Shown in pieces: positions 46,894 through 55,675 of a stretch of DNA of 64,000 bases (within the stretch, counting starts at the first letter, position 1; each line of letters opens with the position of its first letter). The stretch lies in the NCBI GenBank assembly GCA_963817955.1, contig CAWFQK010000004.1:1647991-1711990 (forward strand). The letters run 5' to 3'. Made by a program: the position numbers and the translations under genes. The stretch is from an uncultured Gemmatimonadaceae bacterium (GTDB lineage Bacteria; Gemmatimonadota; Gemmatimonadetes; Gemmatimonadales; Gemmatimonadaceae). A model generated the notes under the pieces. It searched no databases and was not told the origin of the DNA. It saw nothing but the letters and a program-made list of their open reading frames with translations.

Positions 46894-48180
46894 CTACAGC
46901 CGCGGCACGCCTGCCCTCGCGCGCAGCCCGCGTACGAGGTCATCGTACTGGCGCTCATCCTCCGCCGCCTGCTCCGGTGACTGCACCGCCCAGCGTGGAT
47001 CGGTCAGGTGCTGGTAATGGAGCCGCTCGATGGTCTCGAGTCCGGCGCCGTCGTTTACGAGCGTCTGGAGCAGGCGTGCGAACGTCAGCCCCTTGGGGAA
47101 GCGCACAACCCGCTGCATCGCGACGTCGCGGCCGGCGAAGAAGTCAGCCGAGGATACAGGGGCCGCCAAATCCGGGGCGATCCATGGCCGCGATTCGTCG
47201 GTCGTCCAGTCGCGCCAGTAGACCGTCGAGATGCGCGTCACGAGACCGCTGTTCGGCAGCGTGATTCGGTGCGGGTCGCCCCAGGAACTCGGAGCGCCGC
47301 TCGTCGGCTCGCCGACAAAGAGCGCGTTCGACAGCCGCTCCATGTCGCTCGCCGCGTTCACCGCCGCCGAAAACGTGTCGCGGTCGATGAGGGTGAACGT
47401 GGCGCCCAGGCGGTCGAAGGACCCATTGCGGATGATCTCGAGCAGCAAGGCGCGGAACTCCTGATTGTTTCCGCCATGACAGCCGCGAAGGTCCAGGACG
47501 AAACGGTCCACCGGAGTCGCCCGGTTCGCCGCATCGAGCCGCGCCGCGAACAGCGCCACCGACTCGTCCGGTGTGCCGCCGATCACGTGTACGCGGACGA
47601 CGAGCGTTCGCGAATCCATGAAATACTGCATCTCCATGTTGTGTTGCGCCGTCGCCATCATGGTGGTCGACGAGCCGGCCCGATCCACCCACGTCGGCTC
47701 GTTCCCGCTCGCGATCGGCGCGAGCACGACAGAGTCGTGCGATCCATCTGGCCGCTCGAGTTCGAGCGCCACACGGTCGGCGCTCGCCACGATGCCCGTT
47801 GACGACAGCACCTCGGCGGCCGTGGCATACTGCGGGGCGTTGAGTCGGAACCCCATGTCATTGTCGCGGCTGACGAACGGCTGGATTGCGAGCAGCGCAC
47901 TATCCACCGGATGTCCACCGATTCCGACCACCCGTGCGCCGACCAGCCGGCGCCATTCCGGCGTGCTGGCGATGATGAACACGCCGTCGGTGAACCAGCG
48001 CAAGCGGACCGGCAGGACACGGAGCGCGAGGCGCTGCTCCTTTGCTGGCATGATCCGCGGCACGTCGGTCATCGGATCGACGATGCCGGGAAGGCTGACG
48101 CGCGAGTGCCCCTCTCCGAGCAGCGCGACGAGCTCCGCGAGCTGGAGCTCCACCTGGTGGTCGTCGAGTGAGAGGAGCCG
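46894..48180 (-). pseudogene. S41-family peptidase-like protein, apparently 5'-truncated
   Basis: LGEGHS, FVLDLRGCHGGN, TFSAA, FVGEPTSG; begins mid-domain with no signal peptide, next to a hairpin. Confidence 0.6.
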
Positions 48181-48198
48181 ACGCGAGCCAATAGCGCA

Positions 48199-48230
48199 AG
48201 GCACCGCAACCCAGAGCAGTTACGGTGCCT
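48199..48230 (-). terminator. 12-bp stem hairpin downstream of the cytochrome gene
   Basis: Minus strand AGGCACCGTAAC-N8-GTTGCGGTGCCT (one G-U); weak U tract. Confidence 0.45.
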
Positions 48231-48259
48231 CGCCTTCCTAATCGGGACAGCCGGGATTT

Positions 48260-50218
48260 CTATGCCGGCGCCCCACCCCCGTCCTCTCTTGCCGTCGCCG
48301 CCAATTCCGCGACGTCGTGGGGAAACAGCTTCTCGTATTCGAGCTCATGCTCTTCCTTCAGTCGCTCCACGGTGATCTTGCCCGTGAAGATCGACGTGTC
48401 GAGCGGGAAGACCTCGGGCCGCAGGATCACGCCGTACGAATGCCACACGGCAATCACGAGCACGGCGAGCGTGGCTTCCATGCCATGCAGCGTGCGGAAC
48501 ACGGCCAACACTTGCCCCGGCACGATCAGGGAGACGAGTTCCGGAAAGACCAGCGCGACGCCGGTGGCGCTCATCACCGTTCCACCCAGCACGAGCCCCC
48601 AATACTCGTATCGCTCGCCGACATCGAACTTCCCCGTGCGCGGCCGCGACGTTCCCCAGATGTAGTGCCGCAGCGTCGCCACCGCTTCGCGGAAATCCGA
48701 CTTCTTCGGCACCATGGGCGGCAGCCGCTTGCTGCGGATGGCGCCGACTACCGCCAGGCATACGTGCAGGAGAAGGAGCCCCACGAAGGCGAAGCCGGCA
48801 GCACGGTGAATGAACCGTGTGCTTCCGATGCCGCCCAACGCGCCGATGATCCATTGAGCCGCGGCAAGCCCCGGGCGGGTCTGCGGAAGCCCAGTGAGGA
48901 TCAGCACGATGAACGACACCATGACGGCAAGGTGCTCCAGCCGCTCGGCCAGGTTGAATCGAGTGACCATCTCCGGGGGCGGCTCGCGTTTGCGCAACAG
49001 CAGCGATGCCAGCCGCTTCACGCCCGGCGCTTCGAGGATGCGCGCGCCCTTGCGGTGCTGGTCCACGAAGTGGAAGCCGATGTTGATGAAGAGCCCCGCC
49101 AGCATGAACGGAATCATCAGATAGTAGGCCGTCCGCACGAGCCAGATTGCCGCCTGGTTGCGCGGACCCACGGTGTCGTGTCCCAGCCAGGCGGTCGATA
49201 GCTTTGGACCGCCCGCCGCGTGACACTTGGCGCAGACCGGCTGAAGTTGAGCGTTCTTGCGCCTGCCCACTTCGTGCGCGCCGTGACAATCCGAGCAGGT
49301 CATCACGGCCGGGCTGCCCTTTGCCGACGGATGCGCCGAGGCAAATTGCAGCGTCGCCCCGTGAAAGTCTTCCAGGTACGACGTAGCCGCGCCTCGCGGC
49401 AGATCGTACTTGCGCGCGAGCGAGTCACGCGAGTGGCACCCGATGCAACGCATGGTGGCCGTGAGGCGGACGTCGTCAGTGCGCGCATCCGCCGTGCGCT
49501 GCATCGGATGGCACGTGACGCAGTTTGGCGCATCCCGCGTGGTCCGCGTCGAATCGAAGGCGGACTTGTGACCTCCCGCCAGCAACCCGGCCAGCTCCTC
49601 CTTGTGACACCCACCGCAGCGGAGGGAAATCGCGGTGGACGCGGCAGGCAGTGCGGAATCGCCGGCAAAGGAATGGCAGTCGGTGCACACGATGCCCTTC
49701 CCCTGGTGCGCCTTGAACCCATGCGCGGGCGCAATCGCCTTATGACAGGACACACAACTCCCGGCCACTGCGTTAACCGCCGGACTCGCCGACGCATCGC
49801 GCGCAAAGCTGTGGCACGCCGTGCACTGCTGCGAGGCGCCGAAAGCACTGGCGTGGGATGGGTGCACGGCGGCATGGCACGACGCGCATGCCCTCGCCGG
49901 GGACAGCGAGTCCGCGTGCATGCTGTGACAACCACTGCACGCAACGGTCTGCGTGGCCGTGCCCCCGTCTCCGTGCAGCGCGTGCGGCCGCTCATGACAG
50001 ACGAGGCAGCGCGCCGACGGAGGCGCTGTGCGCGCCCGCGGCGTGTCACCGTGCAGCTCGTGGCACGCGGTGCACGCCACCGGTCCGCGGCGAGCATCCA
50101 CGTGACTGAGAGCTACCACGCGGTGACACGCGCGGCAATCCGCGTTGCCGGGGGCCGTCCCGCCAGGCGCCCCGGCAAACATCGCGAGTAGAGCCAGCAC
50201 CGAGGGGCCCACGCTCAC
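48260..50218 (-). CDS. 13-heme cytochrome c fused to a cytochrome b (FdhC/HyaC-like) membrane domain
   Basis: 13 CxxCH counted; RFNLAERLEH..LTGLPQ, HRAAG, GKFDVGERYEYWG, LHGMEATLA..WHSY. GTG 50218 overlaps the upstream TGA. Confidence 0.88.
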   Translation of the reverse strand: MSVGPSVLALLAMFAGAPGGTAPGNADCRACHRVVALSHVDARRGPVACTACHELHGDTPRARTAPPSARCLVCHERPHALHGDGGTATQTVACSGCHSMHADSLSPARACASCHAAVHPSHASAFGASQQCTACHSFARDASASPAVNAVAGSCVSCHKAIAPAHGFKAHQGKGIVCTDCHSFAGDSALPAASTAISLRCGGCHKEELAGLLAGGHKSAFDSTRTTRDAPNCVTCHPMQRTADARTDDVRLTATMRCIGCHSRDSLARKYDLPRGAATSYLEDFHGATLQFASAHPSAKGSPAVMTCSDCHGAHEVGRRKNAQLQPVCAKCHAAGGPKLSTAWLGHDTVGPRNQAAIWLVRTAYYLMIPFMLAGLFINIGFHFVDQHRKGARILEAPGVKRLASLLLRKREPPPEMVTRFNLAERLEHLAVMVSFIVLILTGLPQTRPGLAAAQWIIGALGGIGSTRFIHRAAGFAFVGLLLLHVCLAVVGAIRSKRLPPMVPKKSDFREAVATLRHYIWGTSRPRTGKFDVGERYEYWGLVLGGTVMSATGVALVFPELVSLIVPGQVLAVFRTLHGMEATLAVLVIAVWHSYGVILRPEVFPLDTSIFTGKITVERLKEEHELEYEKLFPHDVAELAATAREDGGGAPA

Positions 50219-51000
50219 GCCTCCCGATGCGCCTTGACCCGCGCATTCTGGAACATTTCCCACAGCGCCTCGCCCACCACCTTGAACAGGGCCGCGAAGC
50301 CGATCACGGGAAAGAAGATCACAAAGGCTAGGCCGATGATGGGCGACAACAGCATGGAGCCCGCCACCCTGAGGCCCTCGATCACGCGAGCACGGGTCAG
50401 CGGAGCGGCTCCCACCGCTGCTGTCGCTGCTGTTGCGGCTGTCACTGCTGTTGCGGCTGTCGTGGCGAGCGACTCCGCGGGCCTCGCGGCCAGCGCCTGG
50501 GCCGGTGCCGCCTTTGCCAACGCGCTCACGGGCAGGTGCAAGGCCGCGGCGGCGGACAATACCGCCTGCGCCTGCTCCTTTGGATCGACGAGGCCTGGCC
50601 GCAGCGTACCACGATGGAGTCTGAAATCGAGCGCCGACGTGAGCATGCCGGTCAGCGTTTCAGGATCAACCGGCTTTCTCAGATACGCGAACGCCCCCTT
50701 CCTGAGCGCCTCGCTCGCCAGATCTTCACTGCCATATCCGGTGAGAATGATGAAGGGAGTTTCGGGATGCTGCTCGTGAACCTGCTCCAGAAGCTGGAGT
50801 CCGTCCGAGCCCGGCATTCGGTAGTCGGATACCACCACATCGGCGGGCCGCTCGGCGAGACTGCTGAGCGCGTGCTCGCCACTTGGCGCGGTGGCCACAT
50901 CGAAACCCTTCTCGGAGAAGTACCGGCTCCAACTGACTCGGACACCTTCTTCATCGTCCACGAATAGGAGTCGCTTTGCGTTTGGCGCGTTCATAATCAT
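50215..51000 (-). CDS. receiver-domain protein with Ala-rich linker and C-terminal hydrophobic segment
   Basis: LLFVDDE, VVSDYRMPG, LTGYG, YLRKP; tail MLLSPIIGLAFVIFFPVIGFAALF. Confidence 0.85.
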   Translation of the reverse strand: MIMNAPNAKRLLFVDDEEGVRVSWSRYFSEKGFDVATAPSGEHALSSLAERPADVVVSDYRMPGSDGLQLLEQVHEQHPETPFIILTGYGSEDLASEALRKGAFAYLRKPVDPETLTGMLTSALDFRLHRGTLRPGLVDPKEQAQAVLSAAAALHLPVSALAKAAPAQALAARPAESLATTAATAVTAATAATAAVGAAPLTRARVIEGLRVAGSMLLSPIIGLAFVIFFPVIGFAALFKVVGEALWEMFQNARVKAHREA

Positions 51001-51021
51001 TGCTCCTTCGGCGGTCCGCGG

Positions 51022-51432
51022 TCAGCGCCCCTGGATCGTTGTGATCCAACGGGAACGCTCAGTCATCTCATCAACGACCGTGGCCAGCCGCTCAGTTGTG
51101 TCTCCTACGGATTCCGTCCACACCATGCCCACGCCGCACGACGTGAGGTACTCCGCGATCGGTAGCGGCGGTGCTGCGTCCATCACGACCACCTTCTGCA
51201 TCGCCGGATATTCCAGCGTCATCCGGCCCAGATTGACCAGCAGGATTCCCTTCGGCAGCGGGTGCGCAAGCACCACGAGCACCGCGATGGTGGAGAGGGG
51301 CCGCGCGCGGAGAAGCTCCTCGAAGGTCGAGTACCATTCCGACGAGCGACCCGACGACTTGAGAGGCTCGGCCAGGCTCGGCACCGGCTCGGAATCGGAG
51401 AGCACCACCACGCGTCCTGGGGAATTGTCCAT
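51022..51432 (-). CDS. hypothetical protein, possibly a degenerate receiver fold
   Basis: First ORF after the sigma54 site; alternating beta/alpha pattern without DD/D/K residues. Confidence 0.55.
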   Translation of the reverse strand: MDNSPGRVVVLSDSEPVPSLAEPLKSSGRSSEWYSTFEELLRARPLSTIAVLVVLAHPLPKGILLVNLGRMTLEYPAMQKVVVMDAAPPLPIAEYLTSCGVGMVWTESVGDTTERLATVVDEMTERSRWITTIQGR

Positions 51433-51493
51433 GGGTCTCGGTCCGAGCGGATCACCATGATTCGCTCACGGACTGTCTCCGGCTCGCACCAAA

Positions 51494-51539
51494 AGCAACC
51501 GCGATGCCACTCGCGCGTGCGCGCGGAATCAGTCGCTTA
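51494..51539 (-). promoter_or_regulatory. sigma54 -24/-12 promoter with upstream IHF-like site
   Basis: Minus strand TGGCATCGCGGTTGCT (51509-51494, GG-N10-GC); AATCAGTCGCTTA (51527-51539) fits WATCARNNNNTTR. Confidence 0.8.
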
Positions 51540-51700
51540 AGCGATTGCTCATGAGCGACTTATGGATTTTCTTATCGGCGCGTCGCGCACCGCGCCAGGC
51601 GGGCAAGTGTATGTGTGTTCTGTACTCGGGAGCCGCGTTTCCAGGCTCTTAAACCGGTTCTAACACCGCAACGCCGCGAATGACAACGACATCCGCTGCG

Positions 51701-53194
51701 TTACGAGAGTGTATGCGGCGGATATTCACCCTCGTCGGCCGCCTCTCCGCCGTTCATCCGCCCACGGGCCGCGATGCCCGCTTTGCGCATCAAGGCGTGA
51801 AAGTTCGGCCGCTGCATGCCAACGGCGTGGGACGCGGCCGTGACGTTCCACTCGGCTTCTCGCAGCGCCTTGAGCACGAACAGCCGGTCCAGGTTCTCGA
51901 CCGATTCCGCTCTGAGTTCCTTTTTGCACTCGGCGAGCGACTTGGCGTCCGCGGGAACGTTGCTCCACACTTCGCTCGTCTGGTTCGGGTCGAACGGTAT
52001 GGCCTGCGGACGAATACCGCTTCGATCGGACAGGAGCACCGCGCGTTCGATCACGTTCTCGAGCTCGCGCACGTTGCCCGGCCAGTCGTGCGCCTCCAGC
52101 AGGGCCATGGCCTGGGGCAGTATGCCGTCGATCGGTTTACACATCTCCTCCGAGAAGCGCTTCATGAAGTGGTGCGCCAGCAGGGGGATTTCTTCGCGAC
52201 GTTCGCGCAGCGGGGGCAGGTTGATTGTGAAGACGCTGAGCCGATAGAAGAGATCTTCTCTGAAGGATTGTTGCTTCACCAGGTCCAGAAGGTTGCGGTT
52301 GGTGGCGGCAATGACGCGGACGTCCACCCGCACCACCCTGTCCGATCCCACCGGCCGGATCTCGTGCTCCTGGATCAGCCGCAGCAGGCTACCCTGCAAG
52401 TGCGGCGATACGGTACTGATCTCGTCGAGGAAGAGCGTGCCGCCGCGGGCTGTTTCGGCGAGACCCTTCCGGTCCTTCACCGCGCCAGTGAAGGCGCCAC
52501 GAATGTGCCCGAACAATTCGCTCTCCAGCAGCGAGTCCGTGAGCGAGGCGCAATCCACCACCACGAATGGAGCTTCGTGTCGCGGACTGTTGTAATGAAT
52601 GGCGCGCGCGATGACGTCCTTTCCCGTGCCCGTCTCGCCTGCGATGAGCACCGTGCTGTTGGCGGCCGCCACTTTGGCCACCAGTTGCATCACCTTCCGC
52701 ATGGCCGGCGAGGAGCAGATCACATTGCCGGTCCGGTGGCGTGTCTCTATCTCGGAGCGCAGGCGACGCGTCAGGTTCAACAGATGCCGACGCTCCAACG
52801 CGCGCGCGGCCGCCACGATCAACTGCGGCGGCGACACGGGCTTCTCGAGGTAGTCGAACGCGCCGAGCTTGATCGCTTCCACCGCGGTCTCGATGGTGGC
52901 GAATCCAGTGATGACAATGACCTCCGTGTCGGGCGACAGGGCTTTCGCCCGCCGCAACAGCTCGATGCCGTCCACGTCGGGCATCTTGATGTCGACGAGC
53001 AGCAGATCCACTGACTCCTTGCTCAAGCGCCCCAGTGCCTCACGCGACGAGGTCGTGGTCGCGATGCGGTACCCCTCCAGGCTGAGCACGCGGCTGATGC
53101 TCTCGCACACCACCTGCTCATCGTCCACGGCCAATACGTTCGGCGCTTCGGACCACTTCATATCGTCATTCATCGGAGGATCTCGTTTCGTCAT
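51701..53194 (-). CDS. NtrC-family sigma54-dependent response regulator
   Basis: REC domain, GETGTGKD, ESELFGH, GAFTGA, LFLDEI, WPGNVRELEN, Fis-type HTH. Confidence 0.95.
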   Translation of the reverse strand: MTKRDPPMNDDMKWSEAPNVLAVDDEQVVCESISRVLSLEGYRIATTTSSREALGRLSKESVDLLLVDIKMPDVDGIELLRRAKALSPDTEVIVITGFATIETAVEAIKLGAFDYLEKPVSPPQLIVAAARALERRHLLNLTRRLRSEIETRHRTGNVICSSPAMRKVMQLVAKVAAANSTVLIAGETGTGKDVIARAIHYNSPRHEAPFVVVDCASLTDSLLESELFGHIRGAFTGAVKDRKGLAETARGGTLFLDEISTVSPHLQGSLLRLIQEHEIRPVGSDRVVRVDVRVIAATNRNLLDLVKQQSFREDLFYRLSVFTINLPPLRERREEIPLLAHHFMKRFSEEMCKPIDGILPQAMALLEAHDWPGNVRELENVIERAVLLSDRSGIRPQAIPFDPNQTSEVWSNVPADAKSLAECKKELRAESVENLDRLFVLKALREAEWNVTAASHAVGMQRPNFHALMRKAGIAARGRMNGGEAADEGEYPPHTLS

Positions 53195-54901
53195 TCATGC
53201 CATTGCCATTGCCGGTTGCTCACACGCGGGCAGGAACACCGTGAACTCGGTCCACGACTCGCCGTCGGAGTCGACCGCAATCGTGCCGCCTATGCCGCGC
53301 ACGATTCCGAGCGACACGGAGAGCCCCAGCCCGGAACCCTTGCCTACCGGCTTGGTGGTGAAGAACGGGTCGAACACCTTGTCCAGGTGCGCGCGAGCGA
53401 TGCCAGTACCGGTGTCGCGGATCTTGATGCACACCACTTCGGAGTGAGCATGCCGCGGCAGGTCGAGCGTGGCGCACGCGTGCCGATCGACCGTGGCGGC
53501 CGCCACCGCCAGCTCGCCACCGTCGGGCATCGCTTGAATCGCGTTCAGGGCAAGGTTCACGAACACCTGCATCAGTTGTGCTTCATTGGCCTCGATCTGG
53601 GCCAACTCCTCGTCGGCCGTGACCGATACGACCACGCCGGTCTTCTGCAACTCTCCCTTCAACAAATCCAGGGCACGGCGCACCACGACACCCGGATGGC
53701 AGGGCGCCTTTGCCGGCTCTTCCGACTGCTTGCGCGAGAAGTCCAGTAGCTGCCGGATAATGGTGGCACAGCGCTTGGCCTCGCGTTCTATCATGCGCAA
53801 ATCGTCCTGGGCCTGGCCTTCGGGCGGCAGAGTCCCTCTGATCAGGTGCGCGAAGGTGATGATGGCCATGAGCGGACTATTCAACTCATGCGCGATGCCC
53901 GCGGCCACGAGCCCCACCGACGAGAGTTTTTCGGCCTGCACGATTTGCGCGCGGGCCTCCCTGAGCTCGCGCGCCTTTGCCCCCATCCTCTCCTCGAGCG
54001 AGGCGGCCCATTCCTCGAGCCGGGTGTTGGAGCTGACGAGGCTCTCGGCCATGTCGTTGAAAGCGCCGGCCAGAATTCCGATCTCGTACGCCGTGTCCGG
54101 GGGCAGCGCCACCGAGGGCGGCATGGCCGGCTTCAACGCGGCAACGCGCCGCGTGGCCGTCAGCAGGCGGTTCAGCGGCCGGCGAACGCTTCGGCCAATG
54201 ACAAGCACGAGCACCGTGGTGATCACCACTACCGCGAGCAGCCCGAGCAGCGCCACGCGGCGAGTGCTCGCGGCCAGGCGCGCCCATGCGGGCTCGAGCG
54301 ACGTGGTCACGTCCAGTACGCCGAGTACCTTCTGGTCAGCCACACTCGCATGGCAGGCCGCGCCCTGACATCCCGTCCGATTCCGGACGACAGATATGGT
54401 TCCCAGCATCGGCTGGCCGGCGCTGTTCGTATAGATGCGGGAGCGGTGGTGAGGGTCAACGTCTGGCGCGGGAGTGGCGCCGCCCCGGTGGCACTGCACG
54501 CACGCCTCGGCGCGGCTGTCCACGGTTTGGCCCACTTCGTCGGGCCGCGATGAGTAGGCGATCCGCCCCGCCTTGTTGTACAGCCGAATGCGCTCGATAC
54601 CGGTGTGACTGCCCATGGCGTACACGACGTCCTGGACACGCTCGCTCCGGTTGTCCCGCATATCGCGCTCGAGGCTCAGGAGCATGGCCCCCGAGATGCT
54701 CTCCGAGCCGCGAACGATCTCGTCGACGAGCGCATCGCGCTGAACGCGGATCAGCGCGAACACGAGGACCGCCACGCTGATGAGCGTGAACAAGCCCGCC
54801 GGCACGGCGACGCGCATACTCAGCGACCGAAGCGCCATCGGTTTCTCGGCACCAACGGGGGGCTCGCCTCGATTCCCGTTTGGAAGAGATAAGAATTTCA
54901 T
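53195..54901 (-). CDS. sensor histidine kinase with periplasmic heme-c motifs and HAMP
   Basis: Two TMs flanking CVQCH and CQGAACH; AHELNSP H-box, NAIQA, DTGTG, FFTTK, GSGLGL. Confidence 0.92.
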   Translation of the reverse strand: MKFLSLPNGNRGEPPVGAEKPMALRSLSMRVAVPAGLFTLISVAVLVFALIRVQRDALVDEIVRGSESISGAMLLSLERDMRDNRSERVQDVVYAMGSHTGIERIRLYNKAGRIAYSSRPDEVGQTVDSRAEACVQCHRGGATPAPDVDPHHRSRIYTNSAGQPMLGTISVVRNRTGCQGAACHASVADQKVLGVLDVTTSLEPAWARLAASTRRVALLGLLAVVVITTVLVLVIGRSVRRPLNRLLTATRRVAALKPAMPPSVALPPDTAYEIGILAGAFNDMAESLVSSNTRLEEWAASLEERMGAKARELREARAQIVQAEKLSSVGLVAAGIAHELNSPLMAIITFAHLIRGTLPPEGQAQDDLRMIEREAKRCATIIRQLLDFSRKQSEEPAKAPCHPGVVVRRALDLLKGELQKTGVVVSVTADEELAQIEANEAQLMQVFVNLALNAIQAMPDGGELAVAAATVDRHACATLDLPRHAHSEVVCIKIRDTGTGIARAHLDKVFDPFFTTKPVGKGSGLGLSVSLGIVRGIGGTIAVDSDGESWTEFTVFLPACEQPAMAMA

Positions 54902-55071
54902 CCGCGGGCAAACGATATTTCGGGCGGTCGCCGTGATCTGTCAGGCGAAGTGTGTAGTTTCGCCAGGAGAGACGCCGGCGCCTACGAGCTACTGACAGAT
55001 GCCGGAGATGAAGACCGTGGTTCCTGACACGTAGTACTGCGGACCGCGGAGTTCCCCCAGGTGACGCGCGA

Positions 55072-55599
55072 TCAGGCTGCCGCTGCAGGCGACTCCGCCG
55101 CCGGCGTCTCTCCGGCGGTAATCCGTAGAACCTCCACTTCGCTACTCGACAGCGCGCGCTCGATGTCGAGCAGCAGGCGCACGCGATCCTGTCCCTTCGC
55201 CAGACCAAGCAGGTATTCCGTCTGCACGTCGGCGCCAAATGACGGCGGCGGCTCGATATCCGAGGCAGAAATATTCAAGACTTCGGACACGCGATCCACG
55301 ACAATGCCGATCTGCACGCCCCGCAGTTGGACCACGATGATGCAGCTCTCCGCGCCGCCGGCGTCCATCCCGAACTTCAGGCGGAGATCCATGATCGGAA
55401 TGACCTTGCCTCGCAGATTCACCACGCCACGCACAAACGGCGGCGTCCGCGGCACACGCGTGATCGGCAGCATGCTGATGATCTCGTGCACCTTGAGGAT
55501 CTCGAGACCGTATTCTTCTCCCGCCAGAAAGAACGAGAGAAACTTGCCGCCTTTCGCGGATTCACGAGGGGCGTTGGCTGCCTCGGCAACGCTGGACAT
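55072..55599 (-). CDS. cheW: chemotaxis coupling protein CheW
   Basis: FLSFFLAGEEYGLEILKVHEII..ITRVP..GVVNLRGKVIPIMDLR..GIVVDRVSEV. Confidence 0.93.
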   Translation of the reverse strand: MSSVAEAANAPRESAKGGKFLSFFLAGEEYGLEILKVHEIISMLPITRVPRTPPFVRGVVNLRGKVIPIMDLRLKFGMDAGGAESCIIVVQLRGVQIGIVVDRVSEVLNISASDIEPPPSFGADVQTEYLLGLAKGQDRVRLLLDIERALSSSEVEVLRITAGETPAAESPAAAA

Positions 55600-55675
55600 T
55601 GATGGCTCCAAGATTGAATTGATCGGGCCGATTCCGGGCACCACGCTCGGGAGGGTATCGGCGCATGCCCGCTGG

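Noticed and set aside
50415..50465. Short 18-bp tandem repeat; also GA repeats at 5530-5560
   Set aside because: Ordinary low-complexity linkers within proteins.
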